64,000 nt of DNA from the human T2T-CHM13v2.0 reference genome, Homo sapiens. Shown here in pieces: positions 1-13,226 of the stretch. Every line of letters begins with the position of its first letter. Position 1 is the stretch's first letter. The DNA lies in assembly GCF_009914755.1 (NCBI RefSeq), contig NC_060935.1, one strand, 5' to 3'. Made by a program: the position numbers and the translations under genes. The notes under the pieces were generated by a model that saw only the letters and a program-made list of their open reading frames with translations, was not told where the DNA came from and made no database searches.

Positions 1-111
1 AAATAACATTTAAGTTGTGCCTGTAACTTTGATGTCTTTGATGCAAATCATAAATGTGTGGATTTTGTTAGGGCCTATTGTAATGTTATTCCCCAACAGA
101 CTAAAACACTG

Positions 112-153
112 TGTATTTATATATGTATATATATAAATATATATGTATATATA
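112..153. repeat. Imperfect (TA)n microsatellite just upstream of the first USP47 acceptor
   Basis: tgtatttatatatgtatatatataaatatatatgtatatata. Confidence 0.8.
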
Positions 154-185
154 TTTTTTCTTTCTGGGGGATTACTTTCTTTTAG

Positions 186-393
186 ATGATGGATTTAGAA
201 GAGGTAATACCCCTGGATTGCTGTCGCCTTGTTAAATATGATGAGTTTCATGATTATCTAGAACGGTCATATGAAGGAGAAGAAGATACACCAATGGGGC
301 TTCTACTAGGTGGCGTCAAGTCAACATATATGTTTGATCTGCTGTTGGAGACGAGAAAGCCTGATCAGGTTTTCCAATCTTATAAACCTGGAG
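186..393 (+). CDS. USP47: USP47 internal coding exon ([21 protein letters not shown]...YKPG)
   Basis: Acceptor ttctttag|186, donor GAG|gtgag at 393; 208 nt; translation recognised as USP47. The first ATG is internal, not a start codon. Confidence 0.95.
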
Positions 394-2139
394 GTGAGCA
401 ATTTTACACTATTTTTAGTTGTTCTGTACTTAGAATTTTCATGAGAAAGTTTTTTTTTTTATTGTAGAAATGAACATAATTTAAATTTTGTATATGGTCT
501 TAAAATGTAGAATAATTTTGACAGGTTGAGAAGTACTCAGCAACAGCTTGGAATTAAGTTCTAGATTACTTGCAAAGAGTTGTGTACATAATTTTAAAAA
601 CAACAAAAAACAACAAAGCTTCTAGCTTACGGTCTTCAGTGGGTTTTTTCTTCTCCAGTGGGCGGTACTGAATCATTCTGGATGCTGTCAATCCCTAAAG
701 TTATCAATTGCTCTCTTAGGAAGATCTCTCTTTCTCTTTCTTTCTCTTTATGGAGAAGACCTTGGTCCAAAAAAGTATATTCCCATAAAGTCTCAGAAGT
801 AGAGGCTGTTTTTCAGGTCTTCTTTGGAAGGGTGGATTCATTATCCCATCACTGTCAGCATTTACAATTTTTCGTCATCCTCTCTATTTCTACAGGTCCC
901 AGGGACTTCATCTTTTCTTTCTTCATTAAATCTATCACATTCACTCAGCACATTGAGTTTGTTATTTTTTTTTCTTTGAGACTGCTTAGGAAAACCAAAA
1001 TATCATGCCCCTAGTTTTCCCAGAGACAGTTTCCCTATAGACAGTTACATGGTCTGTTTTTGTCCAGAGTTTTCTATAATTACCATATGTAAATTGTAAC
1101 AAATAGAAGAAAAGCAGAATGTTTATATAATTTTACAAAATCCATACTGTTTTGTCTTGGCCCTAACTCCTTTGCATCAGTGGTTAGTGAGAATTAGGTT
1201 CTCTGTGTTTTTTCCCTAAAAGTTGAACTTACAAAACTTTATTCTGCCCTTTTACAATAATGTTCTTCTGTGGATCCTGTATATCTCCTTTTTAAATGAA
1301 GGCCTCTGTTTACAGAGTAGGTTAGATGTAGTATTCTTTCAAGGAGTCTACGGCTCTTAAGTGGGAAAATTTTATTTCTGGAAACCTTATGATGTCTACT
1401 TCGACTTCTAAGACTCTACCCTATCTATAAAGAGTCCCTTAAGGACATTTCCTTGCTTTTTTTTTTTTTTTGCTAGACAAGAAAAAGAATGATTAGGATA
1501 TAACATGAGTCAGCAGTAATACCACTTATTTGAAAGAGAACTCTAAATGCAAGTGTGGATTGTAAGACTTATAAAGTAGTCTTTATTCATTAATAATCAA
1601 GATCTTAGCAGAATATTTTGTCAAATTTAGATTAACAACGTAGGGAAAAAACTGAGGATTGACATAAAACATGAGGTTAAAACAGATACAGAATAACTGT
1701 GTATTAAGTACAATGTTTGAAGATCATTTATTTTTCAAGTGATTAAGAGTTTAATTGTAAACATAACCTTCTGAAAACAGAAGAGAATGGGATTAAATTT
1801 CAATATAAAAGATTTAAGTGAGAAAACAAAGGCATAATCAGAACAGTTTTTGTGTGGAATTTTCCTTGGGATATAGGAAATATTATTTTGAGGATAAGTC
1901 TTTGATGATGAACAAGGTGGCTTAATAAGGGGTTTGTTCAAAAGCAAGCAGGAGTGCTGTGTCACCTTTAATATTTGTTTTGCAGTAACTGGTGATTTAT
2001 ATTTATTCAGTGTTGTTTTCATCTGTACTTGGAAGTTTGGATTTGTCACCTGTTAGAAACACATTAAGAATGCATTACTCATGTGAAATACATTAAAAAA
2101 TAACCTCCAATTCTGTGTTTATGTCTTCAAATGTGACAG

Positions 2140-2255
2140 AAGTGATGGTGAAAGTTCATGTTGTTGATCTAAAGGCAGAATCTGTAGCTGCTCCTATAAC
2201 TGTTCGTGCTTACTTAAATCAGACAGTTACAGAATTCAAACAACTGATTTCAAAG
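2140..2255 (+). CDS. USP47: USP47 coding exon ([15 protein letters not shown]...KQLISK)
   Basis: cag|2140 acceptor, AAG|gtaagt donor; 116 nt completes the phase of the previous exon (208+116=324). Confidence 0.93.
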
Positions 2256-4311
2256 GTAAGTTTTAAAAGGGGTCTGTAAATAAATTTTTGAGAGCCTGCT
2301 ATGTACAAGACACACTATGTGACAGTTATGAATAAGATACATGCTTTACCTCCAGGAGCTAATTAATATTTGTAGTTAGGAGACAACTGTAGTTAAAAGA
2401 AACAGATTGAGTAAAGTGTGGAGGTAAGAAAGTGTAAGGCAAGTACATATAACAACTTATATGTGTTGGCTGGATTATCATAAAATACAGGATTGGAAAT
2501 GTAAGTACAGTTTATTTCATGAAGAGCTTTAAACAGTAAACACGAAAGTTTGGGCTCCTTTTTGGCGTAGGCAATAAGTCGAGTTTTTGTTTTCGTCATT
2601 TTTAAGTGCGGCAATGCTGCATTTAGTGTCTGGTGACACTAGACTAGCGTTCCACATGCCTTGAGGGGAGTCAGGAATGGAGAGGAGGAAGCTGTTGAAA
2701 TAATTCAAGTGCAGTTGTATGACTGGAAATGAGAGAAGGCATGGATTCCAAGAGAGATAGAATCTGTAGGACTTGTAATTGTTAAATGTTGGGGTAAAGC
2801 AGATGCACCGATGACCTGAGCCAGGGGTTTCAAACTTGGGTAACCAGAAAAGTAGGGATACATTAATAGAAATAGAGGAGGAAGGTGAGGCTGTAGACTT
2901 GACAGGGAAGGTGATGAATTAAATACTGGTGCCATTATGTGAGCTAGTGATAAAGAACATAGGCTCATTCCGATTTTTTGAGCTGGAAAAATATAACAAT
3001 GAAAACATTCAAATTTTGGGGGGCAAAAGGATTAGTCCACACCAGACAAATGATTATCATCCTTACAAGGGTCCTGTACTCTGCAGAACCCTGAGCATAC
3101 AAACGGCAGATTTTGCAGGGTTCTTGAACCGTAGGTTAATATTCCCTGGTGTAGTGGAAATTGTTCCATAATTACAAGTTGAGTCCAGTTTTCAGTCATT
3201 CATCTTATGGTAGTCTTGTCTTTCATCTCATTATCTGGGGTTGTAAATACCTGTTTAGCAGAGTTGTAGTGAACATTAATGAAAAATAAATAAATGCTCT
3301 GAGGAAAAAAATTGTAAGGCATTATGTAAGAGTTGGTGGTTATTATGTTCTAAAAAAAAGTCTATATTTTGACTTCTGTATATGACTTCTAACAATTTTG
3401 CTAAAGTAATAACCAAGAAACAAATCATTTTGTGAAATTATATTTTATGATTAAATTGCTTGTAAATGCATACTATGTTGGTATAATATACTGTATATTA
3501 CATTTTTAAAATATGAATGACAAATGTAAAAAAAATTAGTTTAATAAGCACTCACACATAATACAAAAGAAAGAGACACAGTAGTTTCTTCCCCAAGAAG
3601 TTAATAATCTTACTGAGAAAAATATGTCTATAGAGAATAAAGGCAGTCACAAAACATCATGTAAACAAATACAGTATTTTTAACCAGCCTGCTTAAGAAT
3701 TAGGTATTTATAACTGATGACCTTAGTTGCATTGAAAAGAAATTGTGTTTTTTAAATGTAAAGTATTTTTATCTGCTGCTTTCATGTCAATTTATAAAAT
3801 GACTCCAAAAATTAAAGATGTGGACTTTCAGAAAAACTTAAAATTTTCCCTACTAATCTTCTCATTTTACACAAAGGAAAATTGCTTATTGCTTTAATAA
3901 AAGTATTAAAAACTATTCACAGACTATAGAAAGGCCTGTCAAAAGCCAAGAAGTTCAACATTTTGATATCAGCAGTCAAAAAGTCAGTTACGCAGTTTCT
4001 TTGGAATCAGATCACTCATTTACTTGGCAAGTTTGAGAGCAATAGAGATTCTAGGAAAAAATCCTTACCTTTAAAATAGTTTCAGAGCATACATTTATAA
4101 ATGGTACTTTGTTCTCCTGATTTGCAGTATAATTTATGGCTATAAGTAATTTTTCCCTTCAATTATTCAAAAATTTTAAAACCTCTACTAAAATTATGTT
4201 TCTCTCTGCTGCTTTTAAGAAGAACTCAGCAGTGTCTTGCTTTCCCATATTTTTAAGTCAAGCAGAATTATTTTTGAAAGAGTACTTTTTATTAAATTGC
4301 TTTCATTATAG

Positions 4312-4431
4312 GCCATCCATTTACCTGCTGAAACAATGAGAATAGTGCTGGAACGCTGCTACAATGATTTGCGTCTTCTCAGTGTCTCCAGTAAAACCCT
4401 GAAAGCTGAAGGATTTTTTAGAAGTAACAAG
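4312..4431 (+). CDS. USP47: USP47 coding exon ([19 protein letters not shown]...FFRSNK)
   Basis: tag|4312, AAG|gtatgt; 120 nt, open frame. Confidence 0.93.
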
Positions 4432-6220
4432 GTATGTCATTTACTTTTTCATTACTATTTTCTATGCTGGTAGTAGTAAATGAAATTAGGTTCAATATTA
4501 TAAGCCTGGCCTCCACAGCTGTTCAACATCTGTCTGGAACTTAATTTAAAATTCTCAACCCAGTAATTACCTTCCTTTGTAGTCAGGTCAGGTCAGGCTC
4601 CCTTCTGTCCTGTGAATCAGTCCTACTGGTTCTCCTCTTCTTTGCCTTTGTTCATGTGCACTCCCACCTGGAGTGTTCTTCCTCCTCTCCCTGCATTTTT
4701 TTTTTTTCAGTCTCCAGATTAGTCCTACCTCTTTGGTGAAGACTTCATAACCATTTCTTCCCACAGTGATTATGTCCCCTGGATTGTGTTTATTCTTGAG
4801 CTTGTCCCATAAAGCAGTGCTTCATGGTGAGGGTCAGAGGCATACCTGGTATAGAGAAAATTATAATCTTGAGTTCACCCAACATTATTCCTTTTGCCTA
4901 CTTATTTTTCTCTGTTGGAAATGAGAAAGTTCATGTTAATCCTCTTCTTTTGTCTTGCTATTATTATGTGTTTGATCATTTATCATTTTTCATATGTGTT
5001 TTTATCACTCTAGTCTCATTCATCTTAGTACAGTCTAGTCTTTTATCTCATTTAACTTTTTTAGTATTTTATTACTAATATGTAATTTTTATTCACCTAC
5101 ACTTCTAAAACTTTTGTGTGGTGGGGGAGGGGATGTACGTGTATATGTGTGTGTATATGTAAAACATTAAAATTTCTAATCCCCTCCAGTACATTACTTT
5201 AGGGTAAGAAGTGCAGTAGGGATCTAACTTTTCTTTTTCCTTAAACGGTTAGCGTACTGGTTTCAATTTGTAACATTTACTGAATAGGATAATGATAGTG
5301 TTATCCTTTTATGCAAAACCCAACATGCTATTTATAATTGCCAAATTTATGCCAAGTACGAATTTCATTTTAAAAAAAGATTTATTATGGAAAATTTCAA
5401 ACGTAAACAAAAGTAGAGAAAATAGGGAAAATAGAGTGAACCCCCACACATCCCCATGTCTCAGCTTCCACAGTGATCATCTCGTTTCATCTATAATTTA
5501 ACCACCTACTTCGCCCAGATTATTTGATAAACTTCCTCAGGATCATATCATTTCATCTATAGATAATATGAACATATATATCTAAATGAAGAGAACTCTT
5601 TTAAAAAAATGACAATTACATTATATACCTAAGAAATACCTTAATATCAGTCAATATCTAGTCAGTGTTCAAATTTCTCTGATTGTCTTAGAAAATTTTT
5701 TTCTGTAAATTTTCCTGTGTCTTTTTTGTTTGCTTCCTTGCAGTTTGTTACAAAGCCAAGTCATTTGCCCATTAAATTTTTCCATGATCTGGATTTTGGT
5801 GTTATATTCACAAGGTGTCTTTACACATGTTCCTGTGTCTGTAGTTCAGGCTAAACTTGGATTTCCTAAAGGTGAAAGATTTCTACAATCTAAAGAAAAA
5901 CCAGAGTATTAATTTCCTAAAGAGAAGGATATATAATACACAACTTTCTGAAATTGGACAACCCAATAAACAAGATGTTTGTGTGTATGTGTATGTCCAT
6001 ACCGTCTATCTTAGTGTAGTTTTATGGCTAGTTACAAAGACATTTGAGCCTAATGTTCATTTTATTCAGTCTCCAAAACAATAGAGTCCTTCAGAAACTA
6101 TATCATCACACATGTTATAACATAACTGTGTATTGTGTTGTATTGATGCAATATAATGATGATGATGAATGAGCATGTCACTAAAATTAATATATAATAA
6201 AACTCTGACTTACTATGTAG

Positions 6221-6998
6221 GTGTTTGTTGAAAGCTCCGAGACTTTGGATTACCAGATGGCCTTTGCAGACTCTCATTTATGGAAACTCCTGGATCGGCA
6301 TGCAAATACAATCAGATTATTTGTTTTGCTACCTGAACAATCCCCAGTATCTTATTCCAAAAGGACAGCATACCAGAAAGCTGGAGGCGATTCTGGTAAT
6401 GTGGATGATGACTGTGAAAGAGTCAAAGGACCTGTAGGAAGCCTAAAGTCTGTGGAAGCTATTCTAGAAGAAAGCACTGAAAAACTCAAAAGCTTGTCAC
6501 TGCAGCAACAGCAGGATGGAGATAATGGGGACAGCAGCAAAAGTACTGAGACAAGTGACTTTGAAAACATCGAATCACCTCTCAATGAGAGGGACTCTTC
6601 AGCATCAGTGGATAATAGAGAACTTGAACAGCATATTCAGACTTCTGATCCAGAAAATTTTCAGTCTGAAGAACGATCAGACTCAGATGTGAATAATGAC
6701 AGGAGTACAAGTTCAGTGGACAGTGATATTCTTAGCTCCAGTCATAGCAGTGATACTTTGTGCAATGCAGACAATGCTCAGATCCCTTTGGCTAATGGAC
6801 TTGACTCTCACAGTATCACAAGTAGTAGAAGAACGAAAGCAAATGAAGGGAAAAAAGAAACATGGGATACAGCAGAAGAAGACTCTGGAACTGATAGTGA
6901 ATATGATGAGAGTGGCAAGAGTAGGGGAGAAATGCAGTACATGTATTTCAAAGCTGAACCTTATGCTGCAGATGAAGGTTCTGGGGAAGGACATAAAT
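6221..6998 (+). CDS. USP47: USP47 large exon encoding the acidic/Ser-rich low-complexity region
   Basis: tag|6221, AAAT|gtatgt at 6998; 778 nt; matches ORF 6221..7141 up to GHK. Confidence 0.95.
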
Positions 6999-9540
6999 GT
7001 ATGTACTTCAAAAGAAAAACGGTCCTTGAAACAGCATCAGTTTTTCTCTCAGTTTATTTAAATTTTCAGTTAAGTGTTAGGTACTTAGTTCTAAGATCAT
7101 TTGTAACTTTCTGGATTATAAGATTATTGACGCAGTTGTAATGAACACTGTTCTTAGACCTGTGCAGTAAATTAGATGGTAATTATATCAGAACTCTGAG
7201 ATAAGAAGTAAAAAAAAATAGTATTCAATGTTAGGAAGGAATTATGATATAATTACTAAGTAAAAAATTAGGGAATATATTAAAAAGTAAATAATATTTT
7301 TTAAAAGCTGAGAAACTTTAGAAAATTTGATATTCAATGCCCAGGAAAATGTTTTATTTCTACATGCTCTTCCCTCTCTCCATTTCCAATGCAAACAACA
7401 ATTCCCTTGCCATACCCCCTTAAAAAGTCCTTAATCAACTGGGAAAGTCAGAGAAAGAAAAAGCGCTCTTAAAATTTTTTCTGTTACTTTGAAGTAACTC
7501 CAAAGCAAGGAGTTACTAGAAATTCCAATGCATAATCTCAGAAAGAGGGAAAAGATCTGAGAGTTTGGGCATTTGGCATAAGCAGTAACAACAAAAACAT
7601 TCCAGCATAGTATGAGACTTAAAATAAAAGAACCTTTATAAAACCTTAGACTGAGGCCAGCCAAATAATTAGCAAGGCAACCAGGTTTAAGATACAAAAT
7701 CTTTCTTCAAGTGTAAAGGAGAAGTAGCTGGAAAAGTAAGTACTTTGCATTAGTTCTAGCAAAGCAAATATTAATATTACTCCTTATATTTTTATATTTT
7801 AGTTTTCAGAATGCTTATTTGTTCTCATTTAAAGCTTCTCCAAACTTTGTAAAGCAAACATTAGTATCCTGATGTGACAGGTAAGAAAGCCAAAGCTCAT
7901 AGAGGATGAATGACTTGTCCAAAAGTGCATATATAGCTAGTAAATGGGACCATTACTAGAATTGAAGGCATCTAATTGTTCCTTTTACCTTTGGAAGGGA
8001 GCCCCACTCTTTATCCATCCAGTCATCCACCCATCCAAGTAACATTTTCTAAATCCATACTAGATGCCAGGCCCTATGTAACTGTTAGAAGCAGAGACAA
8101 CTGAGATGCAGCCTTATGCTTCATCTCATGGGGAGGAGGTGCACAGTCACCCACTCTGAAAATTAAGTGCTATGATGCTTGTAGTCTCAAAATTCTATCT
8201 GCTAAAACAAAGTAGTAGAAATTATGAAATAATACAAGTATTTAAATTTGTGTTTTTAACTAGTTGGGTTAAATAACACTGGAATCATACAACATTCATA
8301 CATATATCTTGCAGAAACTCAAGTATGAAAACGTGGATTGGCAGAACAAAATAGAGGGAAATCGTATTGTAATAATGTTTTAAATTTCTATGGAGTATGT
8401 ACCTCATAAGGCTCATTAGCTTACATTGTTTCATTAGTTTTTTTAACAGCTGTGTGAAATTGATATTGTTAGACCGTTTTCACTGATGACGAAACTGGTC
8501 AAACAGATTAAGTAATTTGCCTGCAGTCACATAGCTAGTCGCTCACACTGCCAGGATGAGACTCAGATATCATTAGCCACCACCCCATAGCTGCTACCAC
8601 TGTTCTTTCCTTGCATCTTAGTAAAGGAAAAATAGTAGTAACTGCTCTGCTTTTTTACCATACTCAACCCATCAAGGACATTAGAAAAATTAAAAGTAGT
8701 TCCTCTTTAGTAGAAGGTTGGAAATTTCTTTTAATTGGTTTGTTTTAGAATGATGTGCTAAAAATTTGACTGGATGATAGTCTCAACCGTAGGAAAAATT
8801 TGATTCGATGGGAATACTTAGAATTATAGTTTGAAAAGTCTCATTTCCATCTTAGAACAGTTAATAAAATCTTTTAAATGGAGAATGTTGGCCATATTTG
8901 GAAATTCATACCAGGCTAATTTCCTAGTGTTCATTGAAATAGTAAACATGGTGAAGAAGAGAAACCATTCACTACAACTTATGTATTTGGGCTTTTAGAA
9001 GCCATAGAAAAGGTCTTGTTTGAAAAGAAAATGTGACCCCGGAAAATGTCTTCTCATGTTTAGAAAACTGGTTTGGAGATAGGGGAGTAGGGATAGCAGC
9101 TAGCAACCAGGTTTTTCTTGAGTCTGTGCTAAGACTGATTCATTGCAGCTCCTCAGTCATCTGAAAGAAGGTCCCTGGGAAAACATGGGGATGATGAGTA
9201 GTAATACACATTCTTCAGAGTGATAAAATGGCAAGGAAGAACAGGTAGACAATGAATTTGATATTTAAAGAATGATGCACTATGCACAGTATACGCAGTT
9301 CACTCAGGCAATAATCTGTACTTAAAATGATGGTCCTTAAGATAGCAGTTATAATCCAAGAGTTGTTTCAGAGAATAATTACAGATCATTCTCTGAGAAC
9401 ACTGTCCTAGTAGGACTAGTTATAGTTCATAGGCACTTGGGTATAAACAGGAAAGCCAAGATAAATAAAGATGGTAGTGCATTTACACTGAAATTTCTCC
9501 GTACAATTTTGGTTACCGCTTCACTTAAGAAATTCGTAAG

Positions 9541-9864
9541 GGTCAGTTACAGTGCCTCACACCTGTAGTCCCTGCACTTTGGGAGGCCGTGAGGGGAACT
9601 GCTTGAACCCAGGAGTTAGAAACCAGCCTGAGCAACATAGTAAGACCCCATCTCTACAAAAAAAATTTTTTTAATTAGCCAGCGTGGTCATGTGCCTATA
9701 GTTCTAGCTACTTCGGAGGCTGAGGTGGAAGGATCACTTGAGCCCAGAGGAGAGAGGCTGCAGTGAGCTATGATCGTACCACTGCACTCCAGCCTGGGCA
9801 ACAGAGCGAGACCCTGTCCCCCCCCCAAAAAAAAAAGAAAAGAAAAGAAAAGGAAAAAGAATAA
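9541..9864 (+). mobile_element. Full-length old Alu (AluJ-like) with target-site duplication
   Basis: Both monomers, A-rich linker and tail; TSD aagaaattcgtaag (9527-9540) / aagaaatacgtaag (9865-9878). Confidence 0.92.
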
Positions 9865-10423
9865 AAGAAATACGTAAGAGAAAGGACCAAAAAGGAAAAT
9901 CATAAATACATTTTAAGGTTGTTCTGTGAAGACATAGACTCTTCAGTCTGAAGAGGTAGATAGGAAAAATGGTACAATAGTAATCTCTAAAACTACAAAG
10001 TAATTATAGCCAATAAATTAACACTCTTTGCCAAAGCTATGCTAAACATTTTACATGTATTGACCCCAGAACATAACTTTGAGGTTTAAATACTATTACC
10101 TGTATTTTATAGTAAAGGTAATTGAAGTACAGAAAAGTTAAGAAGTCAGAGTCACAAATCTAATATATGAAGAGGAGCCAGGAATTCATTCAGGCCAGGC
10201 CATCAAATTCCAGAACCAGTTGGTCATAATCACCATATTAAACGATATCAGTAACCAGCAAACATTTTTGTCTTCCTATGACACAGCACTACTAGAGGTT
10301 AGGAAAGAAACCAAAATGGCAATAAAAGCTTGTATTTGAGTAATGCTTTAGAAAAGACTTTTACTACATTTGTCACAACAATGTTATATGTTATGATCAC
10401 GTGGGAAAACAGGTTGAGGGAGA

Positions 10424-10660
10424 TTGGATGACCTGCCTACAGCCATTTATCAGAGTAAAGTGACAAAACTGAAATCTAGCCATAGGCTTTCCATTTCTAA
10501 TCCGGTAATTTTTGCATTACACCCTTCTGTTAAGAAATTTAGTACCTCGTTGGATAGCATAGACAGAAGCTTGTTTGCCATAAGCTGGATTATTGACATA
10601 GAGGGGCACTCCTTAAAGCTTAAAAAGTGACATTTTAAACAAGAGAAATGCTGCCTCAAA
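10424..10660 (+). mobile_element. Possible CR1/L3 LINE 3' fossil
   Basis: Translation ...EGHSLKLKK resembles the RGHSLKL motif near the end of CR1 ORF2. Confidence 0.35.
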
Positions 10661-11299
10661 ACTCAAAAGGTAGATAGTAAATAAAGCTCATCACCCTCTT
10701 CATACTTTCTTCTAATTTGTTCTTGTCACATTTTCTATTAATGAGCCTATATTTTATAGCCAGGAAAACAATGAACATTAATTTATTTGACAAGTCATCT
10801 GAGAAAAATTCAACCCAAGTGTTGATATGACATGGGAATGTTGGTTTACCAGGAGTGTTTTAAGGCCTCATCCTTTACCTTCCATGTAGCTTTAGCAGAA
10901 AAACCAGACCTAACATGGAGGGAGCCTTAGAGCCAGGGAGGTCCAGTGGCCTGAGGCAGCGAGGCAGCACTGCCTTATTAACTGAGAGTCTGGTTTCTGC
11001 TTTCTTCTACAATATGAAGACCACAGTCAATAGAAGCATTCCAGATGTGTCCTCATGAGTGGCTTATAAAATTAGGGACAAAAGATTAAAATAATAAGCA
11101 TTAGGGAAAAACGAAGCTCATCAAAGATAATCCTATTACAATACCAAGAGAGCTTAAATTTAAGCCGGGAAGAGGTAAGAGTTTCTGATCCATTTAAATA
11201 CAGTTCCTGTTAATTACAGCCCAACCACATGATAAATCAGACATCTTAGTATGCCAGTCGTGACTTTTTTTCTAGTGAAAATCTGAAAATTAAATAATA

Positions 11300-11520
11300 T
11301 TACTAACAGTTTTTGAGGCAATCACGCTGTATTTGGCACTGTGCTGAAAGCATGATAAATGAATTACCTCACTGAAGTCACATTGCAACACTCAGGTGGG
11401 CACTATTATCATCTCCATTTTTCTAGTGAGGAAATGGAGGTACGGAGGCTGGCGCCGTGTCCCATATAGTAAGTAAGCAGAAGAGGTGGGATTGGAACCA
11501 CCAGAGCTTACACTATTACT
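11300..11520. mobile_element. MIR SINE
   Basis: Core-like attatcatctccatttttctagtgaggaaatggagg...gggattggaacc. Confidence 0.65.
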
Positions 11521-11825
11521 GTGTAGAGCTAGAAGTGTATATATTTTAAAAGAATTCCTAGAAGCTTGTTTTTGAGTTTGGCAACCTAAACAAAGAAACA
11601 AGCACTTAAATAGCTCAGAACATTTTAAGCTGTCAGATAAAACCTATCAGAAACCCTGTGTCCATGTTTTTTGTCCATTCAGTGTGGTATATTAGCTAAA
11701 GTCTAACTGAAAAGGGGTACTCTTTACTGCATACAGTGTAATAAAAAGTATATGATCTGTTTTATTTATACTCAGAGGTTTCTTTTACATTTTTGTTCCT
11801 GTTTTGGTTTTTTTTTTGTGCTTAG

Positions 11826-12001
11826 GGTTGATGGTGCATGTTGATAAAAGAATTACTCTGGCAGCTTTCAAACAACATTTAGAGCCCTTTGTTGGAGTTT
11901 TGTCCTCTCACTTCAAGGTCTTTCGAGTGTATGCCAGCAATCAAGAGTTTGAGAGCGTCCGGCTGAATGAGACACTTTCATCATTTTCTGATGACAATAA
12001 G
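11826..12001 (+). CDS. USP47: USP47 coding exon ([21 protein letters not shown]...SDDNK)
   Basis: Long T tract then cttag|11826; AAG|gttgat donor; 176 nt restores phase 0. Confidence 0.93.
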
Positions 12002-12358
12002 GTTGATTAAAATAATCTTCGAGTAGTTAGAGTCTATTTTAAATGATAGATTTGAGAACAGCTTTTACTACTTCCAAGTGAGGTGAAGTAGATAAACTGG
12101 AAGGATTTTTTTTTAATGATTAATGGTAATTTGGGGGGTTTTTTGTTGTTATTTTTCTTCACTCATCTAACAAACATTTGTGAAATGTTAGCTGTGTGTC
12201 AGTTACTATTCTAGGTGCTGGGGATTCAGAGGTAAAAGATATGCCTGTTCTCAGAGAGCCTATAATCTAGAGTATTTTGGAAAGTTTAAAAATGGGATGA
12301 GAATGGGTTGTTTATTCTGCTGAGACAGCATGTCTAAAAAAATGTTTTTAACTTATAG

Positions 12359-12439
12359 ATTACAATTAGACTGGGGAGAGCACTTAAAAAAGGAGAATAC
12401 AGAGTTAAAGTATACCAGCTTTTGGTCAATGAACAAGAG
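12359..12439 (+). CDS. USP47: USP47 coding exon ([27 protein letters not shown])
   Basis: tag|12359, GAG|gtaagt; 81 nt. Confidence 0.93.
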
Positions 12440-12533
12440 GTAAGTAATACGTTTAAGAATAATATAAGGTTACTTTTTACAGTTACTGAAAACATAGAAT
12501 ATATTTTATTCATAGTCATTTTATTTCTCTGAA

Positions 12534-12730
12534 GCAAAGGTCAGCAAATTTTTTCTGGGCCTTGCAGTTTAGCAGGCCATACTGCCTCTGTTGCAGTTAC
12601 TCACTTCTGCTATTATAGCACAAGGAGCCATAGACAATAATAAGCCAATGAGATGGCTATGTCTCAACATTTTATTTACAAAAGCAGGCAGCAGTGAACT
12701 TGGCCCTCAGGCCACTGTTTGTCATCCCTG
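12534..12730. mobile_element. hAT-Charlie MITE (MER58A-like)
   Basis: ggtcagcaaattttttctg...tagacaataa...gccactgtttgtcatccctg, with TIR-like ends. Confidence 0.65.
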
Positions 12731-12884
12731 TGCTCTAAAGTGTTGCTACAAATGCTGAAATGAGACAAAATTTTCCTGCTTTTAAAAGGAAAAGAAATTT
12801 TTTTGTGCGTGTGCTTGCTTTCTGGAAACAATCATACAGTGCTACAGGTGAATAGCAGTTGCAAGTCATTTTAGTATGTAACAA

Positions 12885-13060
12885 GCATTTATATAGTGTC
12901 TACTGTGTGCTTTAGGTGCTTGCAAATATTAACTCATTTAATCATCAGTTAACTAAGATACAAGCACTATTTCTTATTCTCATTCTATAGATGAAGAAAC
13001 TGAGGCACAGAGAAGTTAAGTATCTTGGTCAAGGTCACTGCTTGTAAACGGTGTGGGTGA
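12885..13060. mobile_element. MIR SINE
   Basis: cattctatagatgaagaaactgaggcacagagaagttaagtatcttggtcaaggtcac. Confidence 0.75.
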
Positions 13061-13168
13061 ATGATCTAAACAGGCCGTGTTTTTTAAGGGGTCAATAAAA
13101 TATTTTAGTCCTGTGGTATACTAGCCTTACCACAAATACCCAAAAGAATAAGGCAAAGATCATATTTT

Positions 13169-13226
13169 CAGAATGTTATAACATCCTATTGTTATAACAT
13201 TCTGTTATAACATGTTATAGCATCCT
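13169..13226. repeat. 15-bp perfect inverted repeat with a TGTTATAACA palindrome array
   Basis: cagaatgttataaca (13169-13183) / tgttataacattctg (13190-13204). Confidence 0.9.

Noticed and set aside
4058-4080. ATCCTTAC resembling a U12 intron signal
   Set aside because: No intron in the window has a GTATCCTT or ATATCCTT donor, and the motif is far from the acceptor at 4312.
6999-7141. ORF-track extensions of exons into introns (also 394-467, 14364-14410, 62406-62573)
   Set aside because: Canonical GT donors precede them and the spliced phases match the next exons.
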